The notes under the pieces were generated by a model. It made no database searches, was not told the DNA's origin, and worked only from the letters and a program-made list of their open reading frames with translations. Of a stretch of DNA of 64,000 bases, positions 12,580 through 26,879 are shown piece after piece. The translations under genes and the position numbers were made by a program. The stretch's first letter is position 1. Every line of letters starts with the position of its first letter. Source of the stretch: Camelus ferus (lineage: Eukaryota); NCBI RefSeq assembly GCF_009834535.1, contig NC_045697.1, positions 118,856,001 to 118,920,000 of the forward strand, read 5' to 3'.

Positions 12580-13400
12580 ATTATGGCTGAATAATATTCC
12601 TCTGTGTGTGTGTGTGTGTTTGTGTGAGAATCACAGTTGTTATCCATTCATCCACTGATGGACACTCAGGTTATTTTCGTATCTTGGCTATTGTCAATAA
12701 TGCTGCAATGAACATGCGGTGCAGTTATCACTTCATAGTGTTTTTATGTCCTTTGGACAAATACTCAGAAGTGGAATTGCTGGATCCCATGGATCTATTT
12801 TAATTTTTTAAGAACTCTCCATATTTCCATCATGGCTACACGAATTTACATTCCTATGAATAGTGCACCAGGGTTCCCTTTTCTCCACATCCTTGCCAAG
12901 TCTTATTATTTCTTGTTGTTTTGCTGACAGCCGTTCTGACATGTGTGAGGTGATCTCTCATTGTGGTTCTGATTTGCATTTCTCTGATGATAGTGATGTT
13001 TTGTCCCTTTTCACGTCCCTGTTAGCTGTCTGCATGTCTCTTTTGGAAAAATGGGTATTCAGATTTTCCATCAATTTGTAAATCAGATTGCTTGTTTTCC
13101 CTATGAAGTTGCACGAGTTCTTTATGTATTTTGAATATTCACTCCTTGTCAGAAATAGGATTTGCCAATCGTTTCTCCCATTCAGTAGGTTGCTTTTATT
13201 TTGCTGATGGTCTCCTTTGCTGTACAGAAGCCTTTTAGTTTGATGTAACCCCAGCTGTTTACTTTTGCTTTTGTTGCCTTTGCTTTGCAGTGTTTAACAT
13301 TAAGTATCATCATCAGGACTGAAGTCAAGTTGTTTATGCTTAAGTTTTATTGTAGGAGTTTTTATGATTTTAGGTCTGATGCTGGATCGCTTCATGAATA
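12580..13400 (-). mobile_element. Older LINE-1 fragment
   Basis: L1 antisense motifs (TCCACTGATGGACAC, GATTTGCATTTCTCTGATG, TTTGCTGTACAGAAGCC). Confidence 0.8.
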
Positions 13401-16104
13401 TGTGTGCATCCTGCTCAGGGGCCATGCTAATGTATCTTTCCAGTTTTAGTATTTGTGCTTTCCCTAAATGTGCACTTCCCACCAAGGGGAGATTTAAATT
13501 GACCTTATCCTCTGCTAGTCAAACTTGAAGAACATGGATTTGTAATCTCTCTTAGTGTCCCCTCTTTAAGCACAGGACTGAAGTTCAGAACCATTTTTCT
13601 AAAGAGACTGTTTCCCCCAACCGCATTCTGTAGTCTTCTCTATCCAAGGATGTGTGGGATATTGTTCCTGAGAACACTGAGGACAGGGTGACAGTCACAG
13701 CACTGTGACTGATTAGTTGAATCCTAAGAGAAAACTCTAGAATGTGCTTAGGGAAAGGTAGTCACTTTCACTAATTAGAAGAAAAACCATTGTAGATTCC
13801 TTGATGATGGCTGATCACTAAAAATATCAATATGATAAAACAGGCTATGTGCTTATTGGTCCCTCACAACATTCCTAGTAGACGAGCACCTTTGTTTTTT
13901 CTCTTTAGGGTACAGAATTAGCTTTATTCCTCTACTAATCTTTGGACAAATTTTCAAGATCCAGTTGCTGGTTCAGTGGAAAAGTTGACTTGGAGCAACT
14001 TAGAAATGTATAATGTGACTCTCACTTAAACAGTTTTGCATGTATGTTCATTAATGCGTTTTCATGAGATCTTACATGTTCAAGAACTTCCAGTTCATTT
14101 ATATAACAATAAATCTTCAAAGAAAGTTTGAGCACAGCAAAGCAAATGCACTTTTGCATTGCTCACTCTTTTCAATATAAAGCTATGCTGAAAGAAATTT
14201 TCTGGAAGTACTTTTTGGTCTCTGGCTTGCCTGGTATTCATCTACAAGCATGTCCAATGTGTTGTTTGAAGATTTTTTTTCCTTTCTTAGCAATGAATAC
14301 TATACCATTAATTATTTTCTTTTCCACGTGAAAGTTTATTTATAGTAATTACACAGTAAGAATAAAAAGGAAACGCTAGATAAACCTCACAAGATTTTGG
14401 TTTGAAGCTGATAGACCAAGGCCTGATGTGACGGGTGCACTTTGGAAGACTGAAGCTCTGAGCAAAATGCCCTGGAGGATAATCAAACTCTGGGAGAGAG
14501 GATAGTGTGTGTATGGGATGATGAATCTGTGACCTGTAAAACTGACTATAAATTTCAACCCTCAATCCAGCACTAGGAACGATTCTCCTTCCCTAATGGG
14601 CTTGCTGCCCTCTTATGAAATGACTGGTCCTACAAGCCCATTAAGGAGCATTGAGGCCTCTGGAAACGTAGTTCACACAAGAGAAGCAACTTACCCACGG
14701 GACTAAAGATCTGCTGGGAAAGGATAGAAGGACACATCTGGCCTAAATTAAAGCCCAGAGCCCATTAAAGAAATCAAAGCCCATTAAAGAAAGGGAAGAG
14801 GTGGCTGTAACCAGGGACTGTGGCAATGGGCACAGAGGAATAACCAGGACTCCTTAAATTACAGAATTGAAGCATGTCACTTGAAATACATAATGAATTG
14901 AGTTGATACTTGCATTAGATTATTTATGAGTGGAATTTTAACTCTAATTATTAGTGTATTAGATGTATATTTCCATTTCAATCAGTATATTTCTATTTAT
15001 ATTTTATTTCAATGTATATTTCTATTTCAATCTACTTCTATTTGACTTTTACATGGAATAATTTGTAAAAATAGAAACGAATTCAAAAGAACTCTTTAAA
15101 AAATAACTTTTAGATTTCCTTTAAAGGGACAAATGAATTAGACATCCTTAATCACTATTTCATATTATTTATATATTTTAAATTATAAGATACAAATGAA
15201 GATTTATGACATATATACACACAAGATACAAATAAATGTATCAATAATAGCAGTGGTGATAGGCATGTATACCCCTGATCAATGAAAATGAACATCCCCA
15301 CACATCCACCACGTGCCTCTCCCTGATTGTGTTTCAGTTCCCACTTGGTTTTTGTGTTTCTTACCTCTAGACTAAGAATTGCTCTATGTATTCAGTATCA
15401 TATATATCTTATTATATTTTACTCCCTGTGTAAAAAAAAATGTGAAATACTTCACTTCATATATTCCTAAATGATGGACTCTTTACTTTTCTATCTTTTA
15501 ACTGTAGCTGGAAATTATGTTATTTTATCACTTCATTATTCAGCATTATCTTAGTGAGTTACATCCATGTTGGAATATGTAGAAGTAGTTTTCCATTTTC
15601 ACTTCCTGAATGGAATGTTGTATGAATCTTCCATAGTGTATTTATCCATCCACCTATTCTTCCATGATGAGCACCTCGTGTGTTCCCAGTATTTCTGGTT
15701 TGCTTTGTGTTTGTGTGTGTGTATGACATAAACACAACTATAACATTTCTTACAGTATATGTTTATAGGGATATGTGCCAAGACTTTCTATACCCAGAGG
15801 TATAACTGCTGGAATGTAGAATATGTGCCCCCTGAACTTCAGTAGATAAAGACAATTTGCTTTCCTAACGTTGAAAAACTTTACAAGAATTTCCATTGTT
15901 CTTCATCCTTGCCAGCAGTTGGCATTGAACTTTTCATTTTTTGCTAAATTAATAGATGTAAGTTGATACTTTATTTTGATTTTGAATTTCCTCTTTCCTG
16001 ATGCTAATGGTTTTGAGCAAATTTTCATGTATTTCCTCATCATTTGATTTGTTAATTTGTAAAATTCCTTTTCTTGTATGTAGCTGACTGATTTTTTCAC
16101 TCCC

Positions 16105-16491
16105 CTGTAATATTGTTACAGATGTCCTTGTTAGATGAGTACAGCATTCTGCTGGAAGGGGTGTGGTTTACTTCCTCTAGCTGGTGGGCTTGGTCAGCCA
16201 TTTGTTTTGGCCAGTGGTATATAAATGAAAGTAATGTGAATAACAACTTGAAGTGTGCTTGTGTGTCTGGGCTGGCCCACTAGAGCATTTGGCCAAGCCA
16301 TGAGATTAAAAACTCCAAGTAGCCATTCTTTATACTATTTACCAGCTTGGACCCTAGAATGAAACACATAGTGTAGAGTTGCCCCAGCTGACCCGCAGAC
16401 ATGAGTGAGAAATAAGCACTTATTCTTGTGTGCCACTGAGGTCTGACACCTGCTTGTTGTGCAATATTATTAAGGCAATGACTAATAGACA
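16105..16491 (+). mobile_element. Old MaLR LTR (MLT1-like)
   Basis: 3' motifs CCCCAGCTGACCCGCAGACATGAGTGAGAAATAA...GCCACTGAG...TTGTTGTGCAATATTATT...TGACTAATAGACA. Confidence 0.55.
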
Positions 16492-16619
16492 TCTGCCATT
16501 TTTTCTATTGGATTGGATGTCCTTTTCTTATGGATTTATGAGAATTCTTTATTTATTCTGAGTTTGAAATCTTTGTACTCCAAATTTGTTGCTTCTTTTC
16601 ACTCTTTTTTTGATGTAAA

Positions 16620-17158
16620 TATTTCTCCCCAGTTTTATTGAGGTATAATTGGCAAACACCACTATATAAACTTAAGATCTACAACATAATGATTTGACTT
16701 ACATGTATCATGGAATAACACAGCAAATTTAATGTCCTTCATCTCATATAGATACAAAGAAGAAAAAAAATAATTTTCCTTTTGATGAGAACTCAGAATT
16801 TATGATCTTAAAAACTTTCATACATACCACACAAAAGTGTTAACTATACTCATCATGTTGTAAATTACATTCCTAGTTCTTATTCATCTTATAACTGAAA
16901 GTTTATTTTTAACCAAGTTCATTCATTTCTTCCTTTCCTTCACACATGGCCTCTGGTAACCACAAGTATGATCTCTTTTTTTTTTTTTTTTAATGAGTTA
17001 ATTCATTTGTTTTAGATTCCACATGTAAGTAAATTAATGCAGTATTTGTCATTTTCTATCTGACCTATTTCACTTATCACAGTGCTCTCAAGGTCCATCC
17101 AAGTTGTCACAAATGCAGGATTTCCTCCTTTTTGATGGTTGATTAATATTCCATTAGG

Positions 17159-17195
<37 letters not shown>

Positions 17196-20100
17196 GATAG
17201 ATAGATAGATAGATGATAGATAGATACATAGATGGATATCACCACTTCTTCATTCATTCATCTTTTGATGGACACTTAGGTCATTTCCATGTCTTGGCTC
17301 TGGTAAGTAATGCTACAATAAACATCGGGGTTCAGATATCTCTTTGACATAGTGTTTTCATTTCCTTCAGATACATACTCCAGAAGTGGAATAACCAGAT
17401 CATATGGTTGTTCTATTTTTAATTTTTTGAGGAACTTTTATACTGTTTTCCATAGTGGTTGTGCTGGTATATGGTCCCACCACCAGTGCACAGCAGTTCC
17501 TTTTTTTTTTTCAAGTTCTCACCAGCATTTGTTATCTCATGTCTTTTTGACACTAGCCATTTCAACAGGTATGAAGTGATATCTCACTGTGGTTTTAATT
17601 TGCCTTTCTCTAACGATTAGTGATGTTGAGCACATTTTTTTGTGTACCTGTCAACTATTCATATTACTCCTTTAGAAAAATACCTTTGTGGGTCCTTTGT
17701 CCATTTTTAAACTGGATTATTTGTGATGTTTTGGTATTGATTTGTATGATGAGTTCTTTATATATTTTAGATATTAACCCCTTATGAGATATATGGTTTG
17801 CACATATTTCCCATCCCATATTTTGTCTTTTCATTTCATTGATTTTTTGTTGTGTTGTGTAGAGTTTTTTTCAGTTGACATAGTGTTACTTGTTTATTTT
17901 AAATTTTGTTGCTTATGCTTTAGGTGTCACATCCAAAAAATTGCCACAACCCATGTCAAGGAGCTTGTTCTCTTCTGTTTTCCTCTAGGACTTGTGATCT
18001 TACATTTACATGTTTTAACCCATTTCAAGTTAAGTTTTGGTCGTGGTATAAGATATCAGTCTAGTATTACTCCTTTGCATGTAAATATCCACTTTTCCCA
18101 ACACCAATTATTGAAGATACTGTCTTTTCTCCATTGAGTATTATTGGCTCCCTTGTCAAATATTAGTTGGCTGTATGCATGGATTTAGTTCTAGGCTTTC
18201 AATTTTGTTCCATTGGACTATGTCTGTTTTCATGCCAGTACCATACTGTTTTGATCACTATATTTTTGTAAAATAGCCTGGAATCAGGAAATGTGATGTC
18301 TTCTACTTCATCCTTTCCCAGGGTTGCTTTAACCATTTGAGGTCTTTGTAGTTCCATATACATTTTAGGATGTAAAGATGTCTTTAGAACCTTGATAGGG
18401 TTTGCACTGACTCTACAGATTACTTTTGGCAGAATAAACATTTTAAAACTCCTCTAATTCTTCTAATCCATGAACATAGAATACTTTTGCATATATCTGT
18501 GTCTTTTTCCATTTATTTCATCAATGTCTTATAGTTTTCAGTGTAGAGAGATTTCACCTCCTTGATTCAATTTGTTCTTGAGTCTTTTTGTTTTGATGCT
18601 AATATAAATGAAATTGTTTTCTTTATTTGTTTTTCAGATAATTCACTGTTAGTGTATGGGAATGCTACTGATTTTTGAATGTTAATTTTGTATCCTGCAA
18701 CTTTACTAAATTTGTTGATTAGATTTAAGTTTCTTGGTAGGTCTTTAGGGTTTTCTATATATTAAATTATGCCCTCTGCAAATACAGGCAATTTACAACT
18801 TCTTCCTTTCCAATTCTGGGGCTTATTTCTTCTTTCTTGATTGATCTAGCTGGAACTTCAAGTACTGTGTTGAATAGGAGTGGTGAGAATGGACATGTTT
18901 GTCTTTTTCCTGATTTTAGAAGAAGAGATTTCAACTTTTCACCATTAAGTATGATGTTAGCTGTAGACTTATCACTATGGCCTTTATTGTAGTTAGGTGT
19001 GTTCCTTCAATACCTAGTTTGTTGAAAGTGCTTATTTAAACAGATTTTGAATTTTGTCAGCTACTTTTTCTGCATCTATTGAGATGATTATACAATTTTT
19101 AAATTCATTTTATTAATGTAATTTATCACAAAATTGATTTGCATATGTTGAACCATCCTGGATTCTCTGGGATAAATCTCACGTGATCATGGTAAGTGAT
19201 CTTTTTAATGTGCTGCTGAATTTGATTTGAAAGTATTTTATTGATAATTTTTTAACATTTTTTATTGATTTACAATCATTTTACTATGTTGTGTCATATT
19301 CCAGTGTAGAGCACAATTTTTCAGTTATAAATGAACATATATATATTCATCATCACATTTTTTCTCTATTTTATTGATAATTTTTGCATCTACCATCATC
19401 AGGAATATTGGCCTGTGTTTACCTTGCTGGTAATGGCCTTTTCTGGCTTTGCTATCAGGGAAATGCTGACCTTGTAGAATGAGTTTTGGAGTCTTCTCTC
19501 CTCTGGGCTTTTTTGCGAAGAGTTGACATTAACTTTTTCTTTTAATGTTTTGTAAAATAAAAAAATGTGAAATCACTTGGTCCTGGGCTTTCCTTCGTTG
19601 GGAGATTTCTGATCACTGATTCAGTCTGCTTGCTAGTATTTAGCCAGATAGATGCTGTATTTCTTCCTGATTCAGTTTTGAAATGTGTATTTCTAAGAAT
19701 TTTTCCACTTCTTCTAGGTTGTCCAGAATATCATTGTTCAAAGTAGCTTCTTATTATCCTTTTTATGTTTATGGTATCAGTTGAAATATCTCCTTCATTT
19801 AAAATTATTTGGGCCCTCTCTCTTTTTTCCTTGGCTAGTTTAGTCTAGCTAAAGATTTGTCAATTTTGTTTAACTTTTTAAGAATCTATTCGTTTTGTTA
19901 ATCTTTTAAAATTGTTTTCCTGTTCTCTATTTCACTTATTTGTGCTCTAATTTTTATTATTTCCTTCCTTCCCTTACTTTTGACTCAGTTTTTTTTCTTT
20001 TTTTAATTCCTTAAGATATTTATTTCTACTTTCATACCATTGTAGTCAGAGAAGATACTTAGTATGATTTCAACCCTCTTGAATTTGCTAAGAGTTGTTT

Positions 20101-21860
20101 TGTGACCCAGTGTATGGTCTGTCATAGATAATGTTTCATTTTGCTTAAGAAGAATTTATATTCTGCCATTGTCAGATAGAAAGTTCTTTATATGTCTTTT
20201 TGGTTGAAATCTGCTGTTTTCTCACTGATTACCTGTCCAGATGATCTGTCCGTTGCTGAGGGTGGGGTATTAGAGTTCTTAGCTGGTACTGTTTTGCTGT
20301 TATTTCTCCTTTTAGCTCCATTAGTTCTGCTGCATATGTTGGAGCACTTCAGCGTTAGGTGCATAAATACGTACAAGTGTGATACCTTCTTCATGGATTG
20401 ACCTCTTTGTTATTATTCAGTGACCATCTCTCTTCATATCATTTTTGTTTAAAATATATTTTGTTTGATTTAAGTATAGCTACTTCCACTTTTCTTGAGG
20501 TGTCATTTAATTAAAATATCTTTTCCTTCCTTTCACTCTATGCATGTCTTTAAGGCTAAAGCAAGTTCTCATGGGGAGTGTATCATTAAAACTTGTTTTT
20601 TTCTTTAATCCGTTCAGCTATTTTATGACTTTTGATTGAAACAATTAATCTATTTACATTTAAAAGAATTATTGATAGATAAGGACATTCTACTGTCATT
20701 TTGTTAAATGATTTCTGGCTGCTTTGCAAATGTATTGTTACTTATTTTGTATTCTATTGCTTTTTTGTCTTCTGATGTTTTTTGGTATTAACGTTGTTTG
20801 ACTGATGTATCATCTTCTTTTGTTTAATTACTACAGGTTTTCCCCTAATTATTACATAAAATATCTTAAAATTATAACACTCTATTTTGAATTGATGAAA
20901 ACCTAACTTTTCAATAGCATTACTAAACTTTATACTTTTATTTCTTCTTGTTCTCACAGTTTTAATTATTGATGTTACAATTATTTTATATTTTATAACT
21001 AATAACATTGTAGTTATGAATATTTTACTATGTTTGGTTTTTAGCTTTTAGACGAGTTGTAAGTGAATTGCACATCACCATTACTATATTACAGATTCTG
21101 ATTTTGAATATGTATTTACTATTGACAGTAAGTTTTATCCTTTCTTACGTTTTCACAAATTTTATTACCATCTTTTTACCTCCACACAAAGAAATCTCAG
21201 CATTTTTTGTAAGGCAGGTCTGGTTGTGATAAACTCCTTCAGTTTTAATGGTTTTAGAATGACAAGGGCTTTGTTACTTTTTCATTTCTGAAGGACTGCT
21301 TTGCCAGGTGTAAAATTCTTGGTTCACTATTTTTTTCTTTCAATGTGTTGAATATATCACCCCTGGCCTAAAATGTTTCCCTTGAGAAATCCACTGATAG
21401 TCTTACGGGGTCTCTTCACATGTTGTTTCTCATGTTTTTCCTTGCTGCTTTCAAATTTCTTTCCTTGTCTTTTACTTTTGACAGTTTAATTGTAAGAGGT
21501 CTTGATGTAGGCCCATCTGGGTTCAAGCTATTTGGGCCTCATAGGTCTAGATGTCCATTTCTCTCCCCAATAAGTTTTGAGCCATTATTGCTTTAAATAT
21601 ACTTTCTATGGTTTACTTTTTCTTGCTTTCTTAAATTCTATAGTTATATACGTAACTCTACATATAGTTCTTTATAGTTTTTTAAAATTACTTTGTTGAA
21701 TGTCTCATTTTATTTATGCATTGTTTTCCTGATTTATTTAGCTGTCTGCCTGTGTGTTCTTGTAGTTCACTAAACTTCTGTAAGTGGACACCTATTCTGA
21801 ATTCTTTGCCTGACAATTGATAGATCTTCATTTATTTGGTGTTCGTTATTGGAACTTTAT
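16620..21860 (-). mobile_element. Long decayed LINE-1 (3' UTR, ORF2 and ORF1 remnants)
   Basis: Continuous L1 antisense sequence; ORF remnants (IKTVWYWH, TTWMDLE); ORF1-like antisense near 21200-21850. Confidence 0.85.
17158..17236. repeat. (GATA)n microsatellite
   Basis: Directly visible. Confidence 0.95.
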
Positions 21861-21959
21861 TATCTTCCTGTGGTGGTTCTAGTTGGGTGCCCGAACCCTG
21901 TGGGTGGCAGGGTGGGGGCGTTGGGGTTGGGGACCCAGCCGGCCTGGTCCACCAGCTTG

Positions 21960-22520
21960 GCCAGCCCCGCCGCCCTGCCGCCCCAGCGCCCGGCCCCACT
22001 GGCAGCGTCCCTACTGCAGGAGCCGCAGCCAAGCATCCGCGCTGCGGGCGGGAGGGGGAGGAGCGCGCCCAAAGCGTGGGAAGCTGGGTGGGAGCCGAGT
22101 GCTCCTGGACCAACTCCCCGAGGAGGAACGCGGCCTGGGGTCTGGGCCGCCGCGTGCCTTCACTTCTGCTCCCGCCTGCCAGGCAGGTAAGGGGGCGCTG
22201 GTGGGGGCGCGCAGGTCGGGGAGCCGGCGGGTGAGGCCTGGGCTGTGCCGTTGGGGAGGCGCACAGGGAGGGGTGCGGAGGTGAGGCCCAGGCCACGCGC
22301 CCCGTTAGGACCCTGAGGCGGGTCAGGGGCCGCTGTCCTGGTTCGTGGTGTCCCCTCCCCCCGCCTCCCCACATTAGTCATCCCTGAACGCCGCGTCTTC
22401 ACTGCCTCTTACACCCGGGTTTGGGAAAGCAGGTGAAGCTCCGGGAGGTGAGAGGGCTCTGGACTGCCAGGGAGCATCTCCGACTGGCCTTCAGGCCACG
22501 GCCAGCTCCTGGGAGGAGGA
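21960..22520 (+). promoter_or_regulatory. CpG-island / first-exon-like cassette, copy 2 (most CpG-rich; donor CAG|GTAAGG at 22187)
   Basis: High CpG density, GC boxes, consensus splice donor; paralogous to copies at 12.2 and 27 kb. Confidence 0.55.
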
Positions 22521-22609
22521 TGCGTAGCTGTCGCGGGTCCTGGCGGTGGCCATGGTGGCATGAGGGCTGCCCTGTGCAAGCCCCTGGATTTTCTTCCCTA
22601 TTCCCCCGC

Positions 22610-23400
22610 AGCCTGGACTGGGGCGGCCTCTGCTTCCCCATGTTCACAGGGTGCACGTCTGGTGGTCAGCCTGCCCCTGGGAGGCAGACGCTTGCTATCT
22701 GGGGGTGGGGGGCGGGGGCGGCATCATCATCTGCAACAGCGGGGAGAGGGGTCTGTCCCTGGGATCCTGTGGATTTGCTCCCATCTCCCCCATGGCCTGA
22801 GGGCTGCCTCTGCTCCCCCAGGTTCGCGGGTCACAGGTGACAGGTCAGTCTGCTCCTGGGAGGCGGGCTCGGTGTGGTCAGTGTGCGGGGGCGGCAGCAG
22901 CGACAGCGAGAAATGGGAGCAAATCCCCGCACTTGCACAGGGCAGCCCCAATCCCGCCATCACTTCAGTAGCCCTCTGACGGCAGGGCGCCTGCCTTCCT
23001 GGAGCAGGATGACCTGTAACTTGAGTCCCGGGAACCTGGGGCAGCAGAGGCTGAGCCCAGGCCATGCCGCAGGGGAGATGGGGGCAAATCGCCCAGCTCA
23101 CCAGGGGTAGCGCGCCTCTCCTTGCAGCTGCCCCAGGTTCCTGGGACACTGGTTTCCAGGACAGTGGGCTCCCAGGAAGCAGTGGCGGTGCGGTTAGGAG
23201 GCGGCGGGGAGGGGGGCTGCCCCCATGGGGCAGGTGGACTTCCTCCCATCTCTCCTGGGGGCGGGCTGTGCTGCCGCAGGTTGGCAGGACGCATATCTTC
23301 ACGTCAATCTGCTCCTGGGAGGAGGGCGCCGTGTGGTCGGGGGGGGCAGTGCAGCAGCGGGCCCAGGACTTTAGGAGTACTGGGCTAAGCCCAGGATAGC
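22610..23400. repeat. GC-rich ~160-180 bp monomer repeats (possibly L1 5' UTR-type), one monomer inverted
   Basis: CCTCTGCTGCCCCAGGTT-like motif at ~22627, 22807, 23125, 23266; inverted copy at ~23033 (AACCTGGGGCAGCAGAGG). Confidence 0.7.
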
Positions 23401-23449
23401 TCACTCACCTTTCTTCTCTTGCTTCCTCAGTTGGTGGCTGTAGTGGCTT

Positions 23450-25582
23450 TTCCATTAGAGGTTATTATCAGATACTGAACGTAGGTTTCTGTGACTAACA
23501 TTTGTAAATCTCAAACTTCCACATTTATCCTCCCCCCACCCCTTTCCCTGGTAACTGTAAGATTGTTTACTAACTCTGCAACTCTGCTTCTGTTTTGTAG
23601 GTGAGTTCATAGTGTCTTTTTTTTAGATTGCACATACAACTGATACCATACAGTATTTTTCTTTCTGTTTCTGGCTCACTTCAATTAGAATGATGATCTC
23701 TAGGTCAAACCATGTTGCTGCAAATGGCATTATTTTATCCCTTTTTATGGCAGAGCAGTATTCCATTGGATAAATATACCACATCTATATCCAGTCATCT
23801 GTTGCTGAAAATTCAGTTAAGTTGCTTCCATGTCTTGGCTATTGTATATGGTGGTGCAGGTATCTTTTTGTATTTGAGTTCCCTCTGGATATATAGCAGA
23901 AATGGAATTGCTGGATCATAGGGTAAGTCTATTTTTAGTTTTTTGAGGAATTTCCATACTGTTTCCCATAATGGCTACACCAAACTACATTCCCACCAGC
24001 AGTGTAAGAGGGTTCCCTTTTCTCCACACCCTCTCCAGCATTTATCTTCATGAACTTTTAAGTGATGGACATTCTGACTGATGTGAGGAGATACCTCATT
24101 GTAGTTTTGATTTGCATTTCTCTGATAATTAGTGATACTGAGCATTTTTTCATGTGCCTATTGGTCATTCGTATGTCTTCATTGGAGAAATGCTTATTTA
24201 GATCTTCTGCCCATTGTTGGATTGGATTCTTTGTTTTTTGTTATTAAGCTTTATGAGCTGATTATATAATCTGGAAATTAAGTCTTTGTCAGTTGAATCA
24301 TTTACAAATGTTTTCTCCCATTCTGTAGTTTGTCATTTTGTTTTGCTTATGGTTTCCTTTGCTGTGCAAAAGCTTGTAAATAAGCTCAGTTAGGTCCCAT
24401 TTGTTTGTTTATTTGTGCTTTTGTTTCTGTTGCTTGAGTAGACTGCCCTAGGAGAAGATTACTGAGAAGTATGTGAGATAATGTTTTGCCTTTGTTTTCT
24501 TCTAAGAGGTTTATAGTGTTGTCTACATGTTTAAGTATTCAAGCCATTTTGAATTTATTTCTGTGTAAGGTGGGAGGAAGTATTCTAACTTCATTGACTT
24601 ACATGCATGCTGTCCAGTTTTCCCTACACCATTTGCTGAAGAGACTGTCTTTACTCCATTGTATATTCTTGCTTCCTTCGTCAAAGATTAATTGACCAGA
24701 AGTTTGTGGGTTTACTTCTGGGCTCTCTATTCTGTTCCATGGATCCTGTAGGTCTGTTTTTGTAGCCAGTACATGCTGTTCTGATTGTAGCTGTGTAGTG
24801 TTGTTGAAGTCTGGGAGGGTTATTCCTCCAGCTTTATTCTTTTTCTTCAGTTATGCTTTGGTAATTCTGGGTCTTTTGTGATCCATATAAATTTTAGGAT
24901 GATTTGTTCTAATTCTGTGAAAAATGTCCTGGGTGGTTTGATAGGGATCACATTAAATCTGTAGAATGCTTCGAGTAGTATGTCCGTTTTAACCATATTA
25001 ATTTTTCCAGTGCAAGAACATGGGGTAGCTTTCCATTTCTTTAGGTCTTCTTTAATTTCCTTAGTTAGTGGTTTGTAGGTCTCTGCCTATGTCTTTCACT
25101 TCCTGGGCCAGATTTATTCCTAAGTATTTTATTTTTTTTGAATGCAGTTTTAAAAGGAATTATTTCTTTCAGTGTAAGGAATGTCACTGGTCTCTGTATG
25201 TTGATGTTGTGTCCTGCTACCTTGCTGAATTGTTTTATTAGCTCTAGTCATTTTTGTTTGGAGCCTTTAGGGTTTTCTATATATAGTATCATGTCATCCA
25301 CACATATGACAGTTTTACCTCTTCTCTTCCAATTTAGATCCCTTTTATTTCTTTTTTGTTGTTGTTCTTATTGTTGTCTTATTGCTCTGGCTAGGACTTC
25401 CAATACTACATTGAATAGAAGTAGTGAGAGTGGGCATCTTTGTCTTGTTCCAGATTTTAGTGGCAAGGTTTTCAGCTTTTCTTGGTTGAGTATTTTGGTA
25501 GAGTATTATGCTGGCTGTGGGTTTATTATAAATAGCTTTTATTATGTTGAGATATGTTTCCTGTATACCCACTTTGGTAAGA
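23450..25582 (-). mobile_element. 5'-truncated LINE-1
   Basis: L1 3' UTR through ORF2 RT region ([22 protein letters not shown]). Confidence 0.9.
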
Positions 25583-26290
25583 CCATGGGCTCAGTGTGTT
25601 CAGGGGGCTAGGATAATGGTAGCAGAGGTAACAGCGGCAGTGGGAGGAGAGGGGCTGCCCCTTGGGAGCCAGTCACTTGCTCCCATCTCCCCTGTGGCCG
25701 GGGCTGGGAGCGGCCTCTGCTGCCCCAGGTTCACTGGACCCTCATCTTTAGGTGAGTCACCTCCTAGGAGGCTGACATGGTGTGGTCAGGGGACGGGGGT
25801 GGTGGGAGGGTGGCTTCCCCCTGCAAGCCCTTGGATTTAGTGCCATTTCCCTGTGGCCTGGCCTAGGGGCAGTCCTCTGCTGCCCCAGGTTTGCAGGACT
25901 CACATGTATAGGTCAGCCTGCTCTCTGGAGGCCTGTGAAGTTTGGTTAGGGAGCGAGGAAGACAGAGGCGGCAGCTTCAGTGGCAGGAGAAGGGGGCTGC
26001 CCTGTGCCTCCCTGTGGGTTTGCTCCCATCTTCCCAGGGGCCTGGCCTGGTGGTGGCCTCTGCTGCCCCAGGTTCCCTGGAGGCTTGTCCTAAGGTCATG
26101 CTGCTCCTGAGGGGCGGGCACTGTGCATTCAGTGTTTGGGGGCTGCAGCGGTGACATGAGAAATGGGAGCAGATACCTACTATAGCGTGTGGCAGCCCCA
26201 ATCCTGCTGTTGCCACTGCCAAGTCCCCTAAACCGCCCCACGCCTGCCTCTCAGGAGCAGGCTGACAGGGAGAAGTGCTTTGCAAGCTGA
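25583..26290. repeat. GC-rich monomer repeats, second block
   Basis: CCTCTGCTGCCCCAGGTT at ~25714, 25875, 26057. Confidence 0.75.
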
Positions 26291-26879
26291 GGAATTGCAG
26301 CTGCCTCCAGCCCCACCTGCCCGCGCCCTAAGCCTGGGACAGCTGACTGTGCACTGCGCACACGCTCAGGATCCTTGTTTGGTGGCTGTCACCATGGTGA
26401 TTGGAGCTGGACTGCCCTGCCCGCGCGGGGTGAGGGGTGAGAGGGTCAGCTTGGGTTAGGGGTGCACTCGGGGTGAGGGGGGAAAGGCTGAGGGATGAAG
26501 GGCTGCTGGGAGTGAGGGGACCCCACTGAGGGGTGGGCGGTAGTCCCAGGGTGAAAGGTGAGGGGGACCATCTTGAGATGGTGGAGGGGACCCCGGGTGG
26601 AGCATGAGGGGTCAGTTTGGTGTGTGGGGAGTGTGAGGGCAGGGACCTCAATGTAAGGAGAAGGAGCTTTGTCTTGGGGGTCCAGGTCAGGGACCAGGCC
26701 TGGCCAGAGGTAGGGAGGCAGTCACTAGGTGGGGCACTGCAAGCAGGGGGGTGCGGCTGGGGGTGTGGTCTGGTCCAGGGCCCGTGGTGGTACTGGTTGA
26801 GTATCAGGACCCAGTCGATGGCGGGTGGGAGCATTAGGGTTGGTGGGGACCTGGAGGGGTGGGCCACAGGGTCGCCCCT

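Noticed and set aside
22130..22190. Faint resemblance of the cassette to ROR2 exon 1 (GTCTGGGC..CCGCCGCG..CTTCTGCTC) and to PRSS47 intron 1 at ~40800
   Set aside because: Short GC-rich matches needing several gaps; could be chance
21832..23404. ORFs of 130-225 aa in GC-rich repeats
   Set aside because: Frames are not preserved among paralogous copies; no recognisable domain
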